From positions 157,604,001 through 157,668,000 of the forward strand of contig NW_027362762.1 of NCBI RefSeq assembly GCF_046119375.1: 64,000 nt of DNA, in the 5' to 3' direction. Positions 36,309 through 49,410 of this stretch are shown in pieces. Position numbers and translations under genes: made by a program. Every line of letters begins with the position of its first letter. The first letter of the stretch is position 1. This DNA comes from Phyllobates terribilis. Taxonomy: Eukaryota. Under the pieces are notes generated by a model that saw only the letters and a list, made by a program, of their open reading frames with translations, searched no databases and was not told where the DNA came from.

Positions 36309-39300
36309 CTATGGTACTACGGGTTGATCTACGCAGTACATTTGTTACCAATGACCTACCCAGGTCTCTAGTGTCTACCGCTGGTGTGGTGGGTTCAGTG
36401 TGGACTACACTACGGTTAGTCTGAGGTAACACTGGTAGGCTTGGTAGTTTTCTATGAACTCTTTGACTCACCATGGGTATGACAGATTCGCCTCTAGCAG
36501 GGGATAGATTCACTTGTTCCACTGCTGATGAAGCATCTGTTTCTGGGGCCAACGGGTCTCTCTGCTGTTCTAGAGTCTCTGCGGCTTCCGGTGAGGCTAC
36601 TTGGGGAAAGGTCAGGACAGGTACCACGATTGCTTGGTTCACCTGCGTCCAAGACCGGGGAAATTCTCCAAGGATGGTTTGAACCGTTTCTTCCACCTTT
36701 TCTGTGTGCTGGGGGCTGTTTTGTTCTTCCTTTTTGTGTCTCAATTGATCATCTTCAGGTGGTCTCTTGAGACTGCCGCTGAAGTCTCTCCTCCATCTTT
36801 ACTGATGAGACATACCTTGGTGTTGTCGAAATTTGAAGGCAAGACGGTGTATGGCTCAACCTCCCACTAATCATCTAATTTGTGAACTTCCTTTTGAGTA
36901 TCTGTTCTCCAAGTGACAAGGGAACTGCAGGTGCGAGCTGATTATAAGTTTTCTTCTGCTTCTGTCTCGCCTGGGACAAACTTCTCTCCACACACTCTTG
37001 TTGCTGCCGCTTCGTATTCCAGTCTGCATCTTGTGATGTCGTCTCAGGTGTTAAAACTCCTATGTCTAAGTCAATGGGTAGCTTGCCAGGTTTTGCTCTC
37101 ATCAGGTAAGCGGGTGTACAGTTGGTGGAGTTCACCGGGATGTGGTTATATAGTTCTACCAAATCTGGTAACTTCTCTGGCCACAGGCTACGTTCTTCAA
37201 GGGGCAACTTCTTCAACAGGTCTATTACCACCTGGTTCATTTTCTCTCACAACCTGTTGGTCTGGGGATGATACGGCGTCATCCTTATTTTCTTGCAGCT
37301 GTACAAGTTACAGAATTCCTGAAACACTTCTGCTTCAAAGTCTGGGCCTTTAGTTGGTAAGCACTCATTCAGGGTAACCGTGCGGGCGACAAAAGTGTTG
37401 TTGAAACGCTTTGGCTGCCGTCGTAGCCATCTGATCCTTCACTGGCACTACTACCAGGAACTGGGAGTAGTGGTCTACTATAGTGAGAGCGTAGACATAG
37501 CCTGACTGACATGGGGCTAGCTGCACGTGGTCCAAGGCTACCAGTTCAAGTGGTTGTTTGGTGATTATGGGCTGCAGGGGAGACCTCTGGCTATCACGGT
37601 CTTTCCATCTCAGGTTGCATGGACCACATTCTCGACACCATCTCTCGATCGCTTTCCTCATGCCAGCCCCGTAGAATTGCTCATGTAGCAGAGCTTCCAA
37701 CTTCTTCCACCGGAAGTGTCCTGCTCCATTGTGGTACGCTTCTAAGACCATTGGCGCATCCCGCCTCGGGACTACCACCTGTCAGACCAGTTTGTTTGTC
37801 CGGGAGTTGATGCTTCTCCGACACAGCTTTCCCTCGTAGATGAACAGCTTGCCCTTTTCCTTCCATAACTGTTGGGTCTCCTGTGGAGCATCTGGATCAG
37901 CGTGTGAGTCAGCTTGTGTCAGCAACTCCTTTACTAGGTGGACAGCCGGGTCACTATCCTGCGTCTCTGCCCATCCATGGTGGGTTAAACGTGGCCTCTC
38001 TGTTGGCGGAGCGCTTGATCCTCACACAGTGGGAGCACTGGGTCACCCCGTGACGATGGAAAGCGGGTAGCTCTATCTCTTCCAGCTCTTCCGGGTTTTC
38101 TTCCCCATCTGGCAAGTTGGGCACCCTGGACATCGAATCAGCATTAGTGTTTTTATGCCCGCCCGATACTTGATGGTAAACTCGTAGTTGGACAGTCAAG
38201 CCATCCATCGTTGTTCTAGGGCACCAAGCTTCGCAGTCTCCAGATGCGTCAGCGGGTTGTTATCCGTGAAGACTGTAAATCTGGAGGAGGTGAGGTAGTG
38301 TTTGAAGCGCTCTGTTACAGCCCAGACTATGGCTAAAAACTCCAATTTGAAGGAACTATAGTTGTCAGGGTTCCTTTCCATAGGACGAAGCTTCCTGCTG
38401 GCGTAGGCAATCACTCTCTCTCTGCCCTGCTGTACCTGGGACAGCACCGCTCCCAATTCCATGTTGCTGGCATCCGTATAGAGTACAAAGTGTTGGTCAT
38501 AGTCAGGGTAGGCCAGGACTTCGTCTCCCGTAATAGCCACTTTCAGTCAAGTGAAGGATTCTTCTTCTGTTTTACTCCACTTGAACGGAGGATTCGGGTT
38601 CTTGGCCTTCTTGGACTGGCCCACTAGGAGGTCCTGCATGGGTGCCACTATCTTGGTGAAACCCTTGATGAATCTCCTGTAGTAGCCTACCAGCCCGAGG
38701 AACTGCTGCACTTCCTTTATAGTGGAGGGTCTTCCAGTCGTTGATCACGGAGACTCTTTCAGGGTCTGGTGCTACACCTTCGGCGCTTACCACATGACCT
38801 AGGTACTGCACCTTGGGCTTCAACAGGTGGCACTTGGACGGCTTCACTTTCAGGCCATAACCAGATAGGGCTTCGAACACCTCGGCCAAGTGCTTCGTAT
38901 GTCTTTGAGTAGACACTTACATCGTCTAGGTACAGCAGAACGGTTTTGAAGTTTTTGTGTCCTAGGCAGCACTCCATTAACCGCTGGAATGTTCCTGGGG
39001 CGTTGCAGAGCCAGAATGGCATGCAGTTGAACTCTCTGAGGCCCATTGGTGTCGTAAACGTGGTCTTCTCTCTGTCCGCCTCTGTCACGGGAACCTGCCA
39101 ATACCCACTGGTGAGATCCAAAGTGGAGAAATAGTTAGCGAATTTTAGTGCAGCTAATGATTCCTCAATTCTGGGTAATGGGTAGGAGTCCTTATATGTA
39201 ATGCGGTTAATCTGCCTATAATCAACACACATCCTCATTGTACCATCTTTCTTTTAAACTAGGACTAATAGAGATGCCCATGGGCTACAACTATCTCTGA

Positions 39301-40382
39301 TCACCCCAGCCTCCTTCATCTCCCGTGACATTCCTTTGGCACATTGATAGTGAGCTGGGAGTACAGGCTGGTACCTCTCTTTAATGGGCGGATGATCTCC
39401 TGTGGGGATATGATGTTGGACCCCTTTTACCTGCCCAAAGTCTAGTGGGTGTTTGCTAAAGACTCGCTCATATTCTTGGACCACCCGGTACACCCCATGT
39501 TTTTGATGCAAAGGGGTGGAGTCAGTGCTACTTGTAGCTTCTGACACCAATCCTCCATATGCCCCTTAGAGCCATTATCCTCTGCCGGTTTGGACGAAGG
39601 AAAGGGTTCCACTGCCTTTATTGCATTGTTACTGACAGTGAACAGCTTAGCAAGGGTGGCATAGCGGGGTAAATGGACCTCTTTCTCCCCACAATTCAGG
39701 ATGCGTATCGGTACTCTCCCCTTGCGGACATCGATCACCCCCAGAGCCGTCATGGTGGGCCTGCTATCAGAGTACACGGGTTCTACCAGGGCCTGATAAT
39801 CTTGACCCCTGAGACCTATTGCTGCCCCACACCATATTAACATTTCACTCCTAGGGGCATTGCAATGGGGAACAGATCACTCATTCTGACACTGCCGACT
39901 TCTCCTCCAGCCAGCTCTACCTGTTGTCTTTGCATCAGGGCTCTGATCTCCTTCTGCAGAACTCACTGCTGACTGGAACTGGCAGTCTCTGTGACCTGTT
40001 GCAACAAAACAATAATTTCCCCAAGACAATTCTGTATCACATTGGTGCCTATAGTTATCATAGGATGACTTACTTGGCGATCAATATCTACAATAATCAA
40101 CCCTTGTGATGGAAATTCTACTCGGCCAACTTTTATGGTCACCTCTTTATACCCCACTTGACCTGAGGCAAGGTCTGACCATTGCTGGCATAGATGTTAA
40201 GATGTTCATCTGGACTGCGGGTAATGTCTGAATCAGTCCAGTATCGTTTATAAAGGATATACGGCATCGTCACCTGGGAACCAGTGTCCAGCAATGCGTT
40301 CATCGGGACGCCATCAAGCACGACAGGTAGGACCGTCGTCCTCTCACGTACTTGTCTCGCCAGCTTTGTGGGCCTAGTCATC

Positions 40383-41366
40383 TTACTCCTGGGGGTTGGC
40401 CCCCTGCCCCAAGGGTTGCTCGTTTAAATTGCAGAATCTTGCGAGGTGCCCCGCCTTTTGACAGCGGCGGCAGATGGGTTGTCCGTTCTGGTCATAGCGA
40501 TCGCTGTTTCTCCCTGTGGTCGGTGGAATCCTTCTCTGCCGTCGCCATGGGTCATCATCTGGACTGGAAGCCATCTGGATTCTTTCCTTTGGAGACACTT
40601 GCATGGCCTGCACGGTTTTGGTTAGCGTAGCCACACTTTTGGTTAGCTCCTGGACCTGAAGGCGTAGGTCTGCAGAGGGGTCATTATCTAGGGTCTGCGT
40701 GTCAGCCTCCACAGGTGCCGGGGAAAAGGACTCCACCTCCTGGTGGTATGTGATAGCTGGGCACCGGAGGGGTGCAGTGCCACTTGGGGTTGATTCTCGC
40801 AGCACCCAGATGGCCAGGTCTTTAAATTTCATAAAGTCCAGATCAGGGTTTTGCAGAGCCATAATGCGCAGCTGTGTCCGGTGAGCGTTTGACAGGAGTC
40901 CCTCAAACTGCTCAGTTAGCAATCTGTCCTCGTCTCGCACACTGTCGGGGTCTACCTGTTTAATGGCCCGCAGTGCCTCCTGCAGGTTTAGACAACAGTC
41001 CCGTACACTGTCCTGCACCCTTTGTTTGCACTCGTAGAACTTCATTTTAATCTTTGCTGCTGTGCGGGTGTCAAAGGTATCCTTTAAACGGGCCAGTATT
41101 TCCTTGACAGTGCTTTTGTCCCTGCCCGGCCAGGACTTCACCTCTCTCTGGGCTGCACTGATTAGCTGGCCTAGTAGGATGCTGACTTTCTTCTCCTCAG
41201 ACAGGGAGTACACTTGGAACAAACTGCGCAGTCTCTCCCCGAAGTCGCTCAGGGTGTGCGACTCCCCTGAGTACTGGGGCAACCACGCCGCCCCCGATAT
41301 ATACGGCATGGATAATGGCATTACTGTGGTGGCAGCCGCGGCTGAATCCTCTCCCAGGTTGGGCAT
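40383..41366 (-). CDS. Gypsy gag, apparently open (327 aa)
   Basis: ORF follows the PBS and has a C-terminal CCHC knuckle CRRCQKAGHLARFC. Confidence 0.8.
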   Translation of the reverse strand: MPNLGEDSAAAATTVMPLSMPYISGAAWLPQYSGESHTLSDFGERLRSLFQVYSLSEEKKVSILLGQLISAAQREVKSWPGRDKSTVKEILARLKDTFDTRTAAKIKMKFYECKQRVQDSVRDCCLNLQEALRAIKQVDPDSVRDEDRLLTEQFEGLLSNAHRTQLRIMALQNPDLDFMKFKDLAIWVLRESTPSGTAPLRCPAITYHQEVESFSPAPVEADTQTLDNDPSADLRLQVQELTKSVATLTKTVQAMQVSPKERIQMASSPDDDPWRRQRRIPPTTGRNSDRYDQNGQPICRRCQKAGHLARFCNLNEQPLGQGANPQE

Positions 41367-41560
41367 CTTCCTCCCCCCTAGTGAACCTCAGCCAGGTCCT
41401 GCTGATGTACCAGTATGCTGCTCTGCCGGCGAGAGGGATCGCTTACCCAGCGGTTCCGGATCGGGGCCTCCTGCTTCCCCTTGGCTGACGGCAAATGATG
41501 TGATGACACAGTTCAGTAAAGTCTATGGCACACAGTACCCGGTTATACCGGGCTTCGTTT

Positions 41561-41578
41561 ATCCTGTTCATGACGCCA
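41561..41578 (-). promoter_or_regulatory. Gypsy primer-binding site complementary to the tRNA-Ser 3' end
   Basis: + strand atcctgttcatgacgcca resembles the vertebrate tRNA-Ser(CGA) 3' end ATCCTGTTCGTGACG-CCA (recalled from knowledge, one mismatch) and lies directly beside the LTR end. Confidence 0.75.
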
Positions 41579-41582
41579 AGTT

Positions 41583-42590
41583 TTACGCGCCCCCTGGGAC
41601 GTGGGGTACCCGGTAGCCGGGCCGGTCGATGCTGGGGAATGTTACAATGGCAGTGACCTGGTCCGTGACCCAGGGCGGTCAATAAAAGGGGAAAAGTAAA
41701 AGGGGAATGAAGTTTTTAGAGATAATGTTCGTGACACCACCTGTGGTATGCGGCTATATGGGGCCTCTTGGAGCTGATGGTGATGCAGCAGAGTTGGTTC
41801 ATCTCTCCACAGGCAGAGCTAAGCTCCTGGGCAGTATATGTACAATTGTGGAGGTGGATGTTGTTGGTGCAGTGTAATGCAGGTGATGGCGCAGATAATG
41901 ACCAGTCCACAGCTTTAATGGTGGTTTCCTCTTATCTTTACTTGCAGTTTGTTAAGCAGACCGGGGAACGGGTACTAGCTGGTAGTAGAGGTCCGGGTGG
42001 CCTAGAAGCAAGTTGGGAATCCACCTCGCCAGGTGACGTTGTAGGCCTTCCCTCTGCGCTAATGTCTTTGGCCCTGCTGCTTGCAGCTATGCTGCGGCCC
42101 TCGTTCCTGAGTAAAACGTCTTTTCCTCACTCGTATGGAAGGCAGCTCGGGCCTTCCTTAAGTGTACCTCCCACGTGGCGGTGCTGGACCCTATGGTGCT
42201 GCTGTGTCGCCGGGCGTCTGATGGGGCCAGGAGACCTGCAGTCTCCTGCCCTCCGGATTCTGCTGCTGGGCCTTCAGTGCCCCACAACCTCGGACTCTGG
42301 TGTCCGGTTCTTCTGCGTTTCTCTCCTCTGGGGCGAGCTTCTACACAGCTCCCTTCCCCAGGTCTTTCCTCGTCGCTGTCTTGTCTTCAACTCTTCTCAA
42401 CTCACTCTCACTAACCCCGCCTCCAGATTCCAGTTGCTAAGGGGAGGAGCTCCCCTTTCTGGTCTGGAGCCAGGAAAGTGTTGTTTGCTGGTAACCCTGA
42501 TTAGGGGACCCCTCGTTGCTTCCAGGCATGGCATCACCCCTTGTGAGGGAGGCAATGCCATTGTGGCAACCGGACTCCTGGGGTGCCACA
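41583..42590 (-). repeat. Gypsy 5' LTR (~1.0 kb)
   Basis: Element strand begins TGTGGCACCCC and ends GGGGGCGCGTAA. The same termini occur in the solo LTR at 53970-55034. Confidence 0.88.
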
Positions 42591-42692
42591 AATCACTCAT
42601 AGAATCATAGAATGTTAGAGTGGGAAGGAACCTCCAGGGTCATCTGGTCCAACCCCCTGCTCAATGCAGGATTCACTAAACCATCTCAGACA
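42591..42692 (-). mobile_element. Short CR1 3'-end fragment
   Basis: catagaatcatagaat tail followed by sequence matching the CR1 3' end at 62537-62640. Confidence 0.85.
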
Positions 42693-42694
42693 GA

Positions 42695-45600
42695 GACAGC
42701 ATTTCAATTCATAATAACATTATGCAAAGTGAAAAAGTGCCCTAGAATATATGGATTGACAGAATAAGTGTCACACATAAGGTTTTCCTGGGTCAGGTGG
42801 TAGTTTTGGATAACTCCTGTAGTAGGGATAGGTGAGTGGGTGATATAGGAACAAATTTAGCATAAGTAATTATGCATAGTAAGTATCTAGGTGTATGGAG
42901 CACCTCGTGGAGTTTAAAGCAGAGCAATTGTACAAATGAAGCCCCTGCCGGATGTTGAAGCCTGTAGAATGACGCAGTGTAAAGAATAATGGTGTAATGT
43001 TCTTACATAGAAAAATAAAGCTTTTAGAATACAAGGGGAGTAGTGAGGTCAGAGTAGTCTCAGAGCGAAGTAGAGTGCCAAGGTAGCATTAAATACCCGA
43101 TCTGGAGGCTGTGACAAGCAGTCCTGTGCCTATGTTCTGTCTCTGGTAGTGCTGTGATGCCGTTTCTGTGGCCATTTATGTCCGGTGGTGGGCAGCGCAG
43201 TGCTGGAAGCCACACCCCAAACATAGGCCTCGCGTGTGTCATGGCGCTGGGGCTGTGGGTGTGGAATGGGTGAAATGCGTGTCACTAGGTTGGCAGAGTA
43301 AGGTCAGTCAGGTGACATCAAAGTGTAGGTTGCGTCCTATAGTTAGGTTGTGGAGGAGGTTTCCATGGTAATGTGTGATGCCAGTGCAAGTGCACAGCCA
43401 TGGAGCAGTGGATAATTGGTGCAGAGGTACTGCGGGTGTGCGTACCTGAGTGGTTATGTGGTGGAAGATCTAAATGGAAAGGGGCATAGGAAGGGGATGA
43501 GGTGGAAGATCAGTCAAAACAGGCAAAGGATTCAGGGGGGAAAAGGAGGGCACAAGGAGCGTGTAAAACTGATGGTGAAGAACAGGGTACAATAAGAGAA
43601 TGCAGTGTAAGGTCAATACGATAAGGAAAAAGATGCTCAATGAGGGTGTAGAGAAGATGAAAGGTGGAGAACGGGAAAGAAGGGAGAAAAGGAAACGAGG
43701 AAGAGGAGGGGGAGGGAAGAAGAGGATGAACAAAAAGCAGAAGACTAGGATGATGATGATGGATATGTATGTGTCAAAGAAATGATGTGGGAGCTTATAT
43801 CAGAAAAACTTTACAGGAAATATTTATAGGTACAATTTACCCTGTGGCGGCCACAAGGAGGAGAGTGAGTGGTCCCTGTGGGTGTAGGTTTAGTGGTTCT
43901 GTTTAGGAAGGAAGAACATTTTTTTTAAGTTAATAGGTCCAGTACTCTGTTAAGTCCCAGGGAGGCCAGGGTTTGGAGTTTGTGAATCCAGAAAGCTTCA
44001 CTTTGTTTCAGTAACTTAATGTGGTTGCCTCATCATCGTGGTCTAGGGACTTGTTCTAGGACTTGGAAATGTAATTGTGAGATGATATGCCTGGCATTAT
44101 AGTGATGGAAGGGTTGGGGTAACCATGTTCTACCACAGCGAATAGTGGCTAGCTATGCGATTCATAACATGTTGTGTGGTTTCGCCAACATAGAAGAGCC
44201 CACAGAGACTGATACAGGGGAATGTGCTACATTTCCTGGTGACAAGGAACCGTTGAGTGGGTAAAATATTGGTGCTTCCTATGTCAGCTCTGACCATGTG
44301 GTCCTAGATGTTGCGAGGTCTCCTAGTGCACATGAGAGTAGGTGATTTGAATGCTTCAATATCTGGGTAGGCTCTGTGTAATATTGGTCAGTGTTTGTGA
44401 ATGATAATGTGGATTCTGGGCATGAGGGGGTCGTAGGTGAGCATGAAAGTACTCGTTCATGTTTTTTGTAAAGGTAGTGTGATTAGTGCTATGTTCTCTT
44501 GTTTGAGGAGATTGGAGGGGCAATGTCTGTCCCTGAATTTGTTAGACGTGTTGTTCAACCTCGTGGGGAGGATTTTTTTTTCTGAGACTATCCTGGATAC
44601 CCTTTGGAATTGTGTCCTGGGTAAGCTGTTCTTGGTTGATCTTGGGTGATAGCTGGAGTGATGGAGTAGGTTTTTGCCCTCAGTAGGTTTGGAGTATAAG
44701 TCTGTAGAGAATTGTCTGTCAGGGCCCTTGAGTACTGGGGTGTCAGGGAAAGGGATTTGGTTGTGATCATGGTTGAGGGAAAACTTGAGTTCTGGTCTGA
44801 CAGAATTCAGTGTCATAACAAAGGAGTTAAGTGTGTCTAAGGTGCCATGCCATATGCAAAAGATATTGTCTATATATCTGAACCAACACCTATAGGGTTG
44901 TTGAAATAGCTCAGGTGTTTGCATAAGCCGGAGCTACGCTTGAGACCATTGTGGTACCACAGATCTGGAGGTAGTAAGTGTCGCCGAATACGAAAAATTT
45001 TTTAAGTAGTACAATGGAAAGTAGATCTAGGCACAATCTGATGGAGTTACTGTCTATGTGGAAGGTAGAGAGTAAATGAGAGACAGCTTCAAGGCCCTTG
45101 TCTTGTGTTCTGGATGTGTAAAGACTGTTCACAGCTAGAGTCATCAAAAGGCTGTCAGAGGGAACTAATGTCAGGTTATGGAGGGTTTTTAGTAAGTTTC
45201 CAGTGTCCAGCAGTAGGACTGTGCATTTTTGGTGGAGGCCACTATGGGTCGACCTGGTGGGTTGAAGAGCGACTTGTGGATCAGGATGTAGAATACGGGG
45301 GTGACTGGATGTACATTGGCTAAGTATGTGGATGTCTTTTGACCAATGGTCTTTTTGTGATGGTAGGGGTAGGATCTCTTGGAATCATTCTGTATGTAGA
45401 GACACGTGAAAATTGGCAGTGTATTTTGTCTAGGTACTGTGTGCGATCCATGACTACAATCGCCCATCCTTTGTTGGCTGGTTTTATGATATGTTTATTG
45501 GAATTGAGTCAGTCAATGGCTTGTTTCTCTCCTGTGGAGAGATTTTCATGTGTGGGGAAGCGACCTTTTCTGTGTTGCTCTAGGTTTTGTTTGACATCTC

Positions 45601-46790
45601 TATTAATAAGGTTTATGAGTGTTTCAGTGGCGTGATGAGTATGTGGTGGATTGAAAACACTAGGGTTGCTTAAGCCCAAAGTAGCAATTAAGAAGAGATC
45701 AGGAACAGATGGGCCCTCATGTGAAGGCACACTGAGAAAGTGTCAACAAGTAAACCAAAATGTGATATAAGTCTAATATTGTGATAAAATCGCTGTAGGT
45801 CCCTCTCCAGATGGAAGGCATCCCAGTTAGAAGTGCGGCAGAATGGAAGACCCTTCTGTAGTACCATCATTTTCGCAGTTGAGAGGCTGTAGTGCAAGAT
45901 GTTGACTTCTATGTTCGATGTCTTATCTGGGAGCATGTTGTCATCCTTTTTTGCTTTGGTCTGTATTTAGATCTCCTCGTTGGTTTCCTCCTTTGCAGGG
46001 CGGCCGAGATAAAAAATGGGTTCTTCCATGTTGACCAACCATTGAATCACTCCCTGAGCTGAAGTAGCCCTGTTGTCTTGGGTCAGGGTTTTGTCTCCAG
46101 GACCTTATAGTGGAGAAATTGTTCCTTTGATATACTCTGTTGTGGATTTAGTCGTTCCTGCAGGATGGAGTCGGTCTTGCACTTCAGATTGATCCACTCA
46201 GTGGAGGCTAGGGTAGCAGAGAGTTGCAAATCGATAGCAGAGATTTTTTGTTGTGACTTGGCTTTTTGTAGGCATTCCACCGTGAATATAATGATGTCCA
46301 GAAAGCATTTATTGAGGTTCTTCTGGAACTTCAGTCAGTATTCCCGGCTGTCAAAGAAAAATGTAGGTCGTAGGTGACTTCGTAGTTCCCTGGGGATTTT
46401 GTTCTGTCAATGGTATTCTGCAAGGGTGGTACAGTGTAGATCGTACAAGACGAGTTTGTGTCTTTCCTTCTAGTAATCTCTGGTACGGAGGTCGGTCATT
46501 GGAGTCTTGAGGAAATCGCTGGAATGACAGAATGCTGTTATTCGTTGTAGTGTCATAGGCGATGGTATCCAATATCATTGGGTCACTGGTGCCAATATAG
46601 CTATACAGGCAAGGGATATTGGCATGCACACAGAGCACAAGGGCACTAAAGTTAGCCAGATCCAGCCAGCTTCAGAGCACCACTTACAATCTATATAGAC
46701 AAGAGAGTGTAACTGCTGCACATGTTGTCTAAGAGACCAGCCACCACTAAGGGAGCAGTGGTGGCCTGAGCATAAAACCATTCAATTTAA
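42695..46790 (-). mobile_element. Second, older Penelope-like element (boundaries approximate)
   Basis: Fragmented RT (GTTMVSSVAPAYAN, YIDN), GIY-YIG (LFYVGETT, FWIHKLQTL) and an N-terminal PLE-like region at 46000-46500. Many stops and frameshifts. Confidence 0.8.
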
Positions 46791-49067
46791 AATACCTCTG
46801 TTCTTGAGAACGGAGAGGATTTTTAATAACAAGTAAATTGAAAAGTTTTACTCATTTAAGATGATGAGAAATATCCTTTAAGACCAGTATACCTGGTGAT
46901 CTAGTGCAAAGTAAAAATGAATGCCAATAGCCGTTGTGGTATAGGGCAGAGAAAGGATTATTGTCCATTTTCTTGTTGACGTAGGATAGTGTATGACTTC
47001 AAACCTTTGATCAAGTAGGTTACTCACCGCTCCAGTTTCCAACGTTGTTCTGGCTGCTAAATGAGACAGGTTTTTCAGCATCCTTTTTCTCTCCATGCAT
47101 TGATCATAGAGATGAGCACCGGGAGGAGATGGAGAGGACAGTACTGATGTAACTGAACAGCCATATAGTTTTCTCTTTGTAATGAATGGTGCCCTGGGAA
47201 AACATTGGCACAATGCAGGTCTTCTCTTGTGGTAGCCGGTACTCTTCCTATAGTGCAAAAAATCTAAAAGACGAAAAAGCAGCACTCCATAGTGTAGACG
47301 TTTTGGGAAATGCAGTGACTTTGAGAGTAAGAGGAACTACTCATCTTGGCGAGATGTGCTTACAACAGGCAGAACTCTATCTGAGAATTTGTAAAGACTT
47401 GACCAGCTGCTGCTCCTCCTTGTGCCGGTTATGCATGATGACAACCGCAATGATTAATGCACGGTGTAGAAGAAAAACAAGGAACTATCAGACCCTGCTG
47501 GAAAAAAGATTGCTCATGGGTAGAGGTTCAGTCAGTTTATTGAGGCCCTCTCTATCATGCCTCTACCCATGAGCCATCTTTTTTTCCTGCAGGATTTGAT
47601 GGTTCCTTGTCTTTCTTCTACACCCTGCAGAGCAAAAAAGACAGATTGCAATTAGAGATCAAAGATGCCCCAAGTTTCACCCCTTTACCCCCGAGGGTGG
47701 TTTGCACGTTAATGATCAGGCCAATTTTTACAATTCTGACCACTGTCACTTTATGAGGTAAGAACTCTGGAATGCTTCAACGGATCCCCCTGAATTTGAG
47801 ACTGTTTTTTTCGTGACATATTGTACTTCATGATAGTGGTAACATTTCTTCGATATCTCTTGCGTTTATTTGTGAAAAAAATGGAAATTTGGTGAACATT
47901 TTGAACATGTCACAATTTTCAAACTTTGAATTTTCATGCCCTTAAATCACAAAGATATGTCACACAAAATAGTTAATAAATAACATTTCCCACATGTCTA
48001 CTTTACATCAGCACAATTTTGGAACCCAATTTTTTTTTTGTTAGGGATTTATAAGGGTTAAAAGTTGACCAGGGATTTCTCATTTGTACAAGAAAATTTA
48101 TAAAACCATTTTTTTAGGGACCACATCACATTTGAAGTGACTTTGAGGGGCCTTTATGACAGAAAATACCCAAAAGTGACACCATTCTAAAAACTGCACC
48201 CCTCAAGGTGCTCAAAACCACATTCAAGAAGTTTATTAACCCTTCAGGTGCTTCACAGGAATGTGGAAGAAAAAAATGAACATTTAACTTTTACTTTAGA
48301 CCCCAATTTTTTTATTTTCACAAGGGTATCACGAAAAAATGGACCCCAAAATTTGTTATGCAATTCCTCCTGAGCACGCTGATACCCCATATGTGGGGGA
48401 AAACCACTGTTTGGGCACACGGCAGGGTTCGGAAGTGAAGGAGCACCATTTGACTTTTTGAATGTAAAATTTGCTAAAATAATTTGCCGATGCCATGTTG
48501 CGTTTGGGGAGCCCCCGATGTGCCTAAACAGTAGAAACCCCCCACAAGTGACCCCATTTTGGCAACTAGACCCCTCAGGGAACTTATCTAGCTGTGTGGT
48601 GAGCACCCTGAACCCCCAGGTGCTTCACAGAAGTTTATAACATTGAGCCGTAAAAATAAAATTTTCACATTTTTCCAACAAATATGTTTTTCAGCCTCCA
48701 ATTTTGCATTTTCATAAAGGTAACAGGAGAAATTGCACCATTCAATTTGTTGTGAAATTTCTCCTGAGTAAGCCGATACCCCATATGTGGGAGAAGAAAA
48801 CACTGTTTGGGCACACACCAGGGTTCGGAAGGGAAAGAGTGCCATTTGACTTTTTGAATGTAAAATTTGCTTGAATAATTAGCGGATGCCATTTTGCATT
48901 TGGGGAGCCCCTGATGTGCCTAAACAGTGGAAACCCCCCACAAGTGCCTCCATTTTAGAAACTACACCCCTCAAGGATTTTATCAAGGGGTATAGTGAAC
49001 ATTTTGAACCCAGAGGTATGACACAGAATTTGATAACATTAGGTCATCATATTGAATAAGTTGTTAT

Positions 49068-49364
49068 TAGTCTTGAGTGCAAGTGCTCACTACTTAAGTT
49101 TGCATCAGGAACTTGGGTATGCACCAAGTATCACGGGTGCTCAAGTGACATGCTCGAGTCCCTGCTCGCATGTTTCACGGTTATTAGACACCCAAAAAAA
49201 ACATGCAGGGATTGCTCGTGCATGGCAGGCAATCCCCGCAAAGTTTTTTTGGCTGTATAACAGCTGCAAAACATATGAGGCGGAGACTCGAGCACCCACG
49301 ATACTCGGTGCATACCCGAGCACCTGATGCAAACTCAAGTAGCGAATACTTGCGCTCAACACTA
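49068..49364. mobile_element. Palindromic hAT-family MITE
   Basis: TAGTCTTGAGTGCAAGT ... ACTTGCGCTCAACACTA with a palindromic interior. TSD not recognisable. Confidence 0.75.
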
Positions 49365-49410
49365 ATCGCCATATCGTCATCATTTATTTTTCTTTACTTC
49401 TGAAAAACTC

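Larger units (their letters stand above)
36309..42590 (-). mobile_element. Gypsy (Ty3) LTR retrotransposon lacking its 3' LTR, pol frameshifted
   Basis: Order gag (40383-41366), protease (LLDTGSQV), RT (YLDD), RNase H (TDAS), integrase (LVALDH, IVDHYS). 5' LTR at 41583-42590. Confidence 0.95.

Noticed and set aside
41561-41578. tRNA-like sequence as a tRNA gene
   Set aside because: Only the 18-nt 3' end matches, so it is a primer-binding site with no cloverleaf.
41768-42610. 280-aa + strand ORF
   Set aside because: It lies entirely within the GC-rich Gypsy LTR, has no recognisable motifs, and I saw no matching long ORF in the related solo LTR.
47107-47120. TAGAGATGAGCAC as another hAT terminus
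   Set aside because: There are no subterminal repeats or partner end, so it is likely a chance match.
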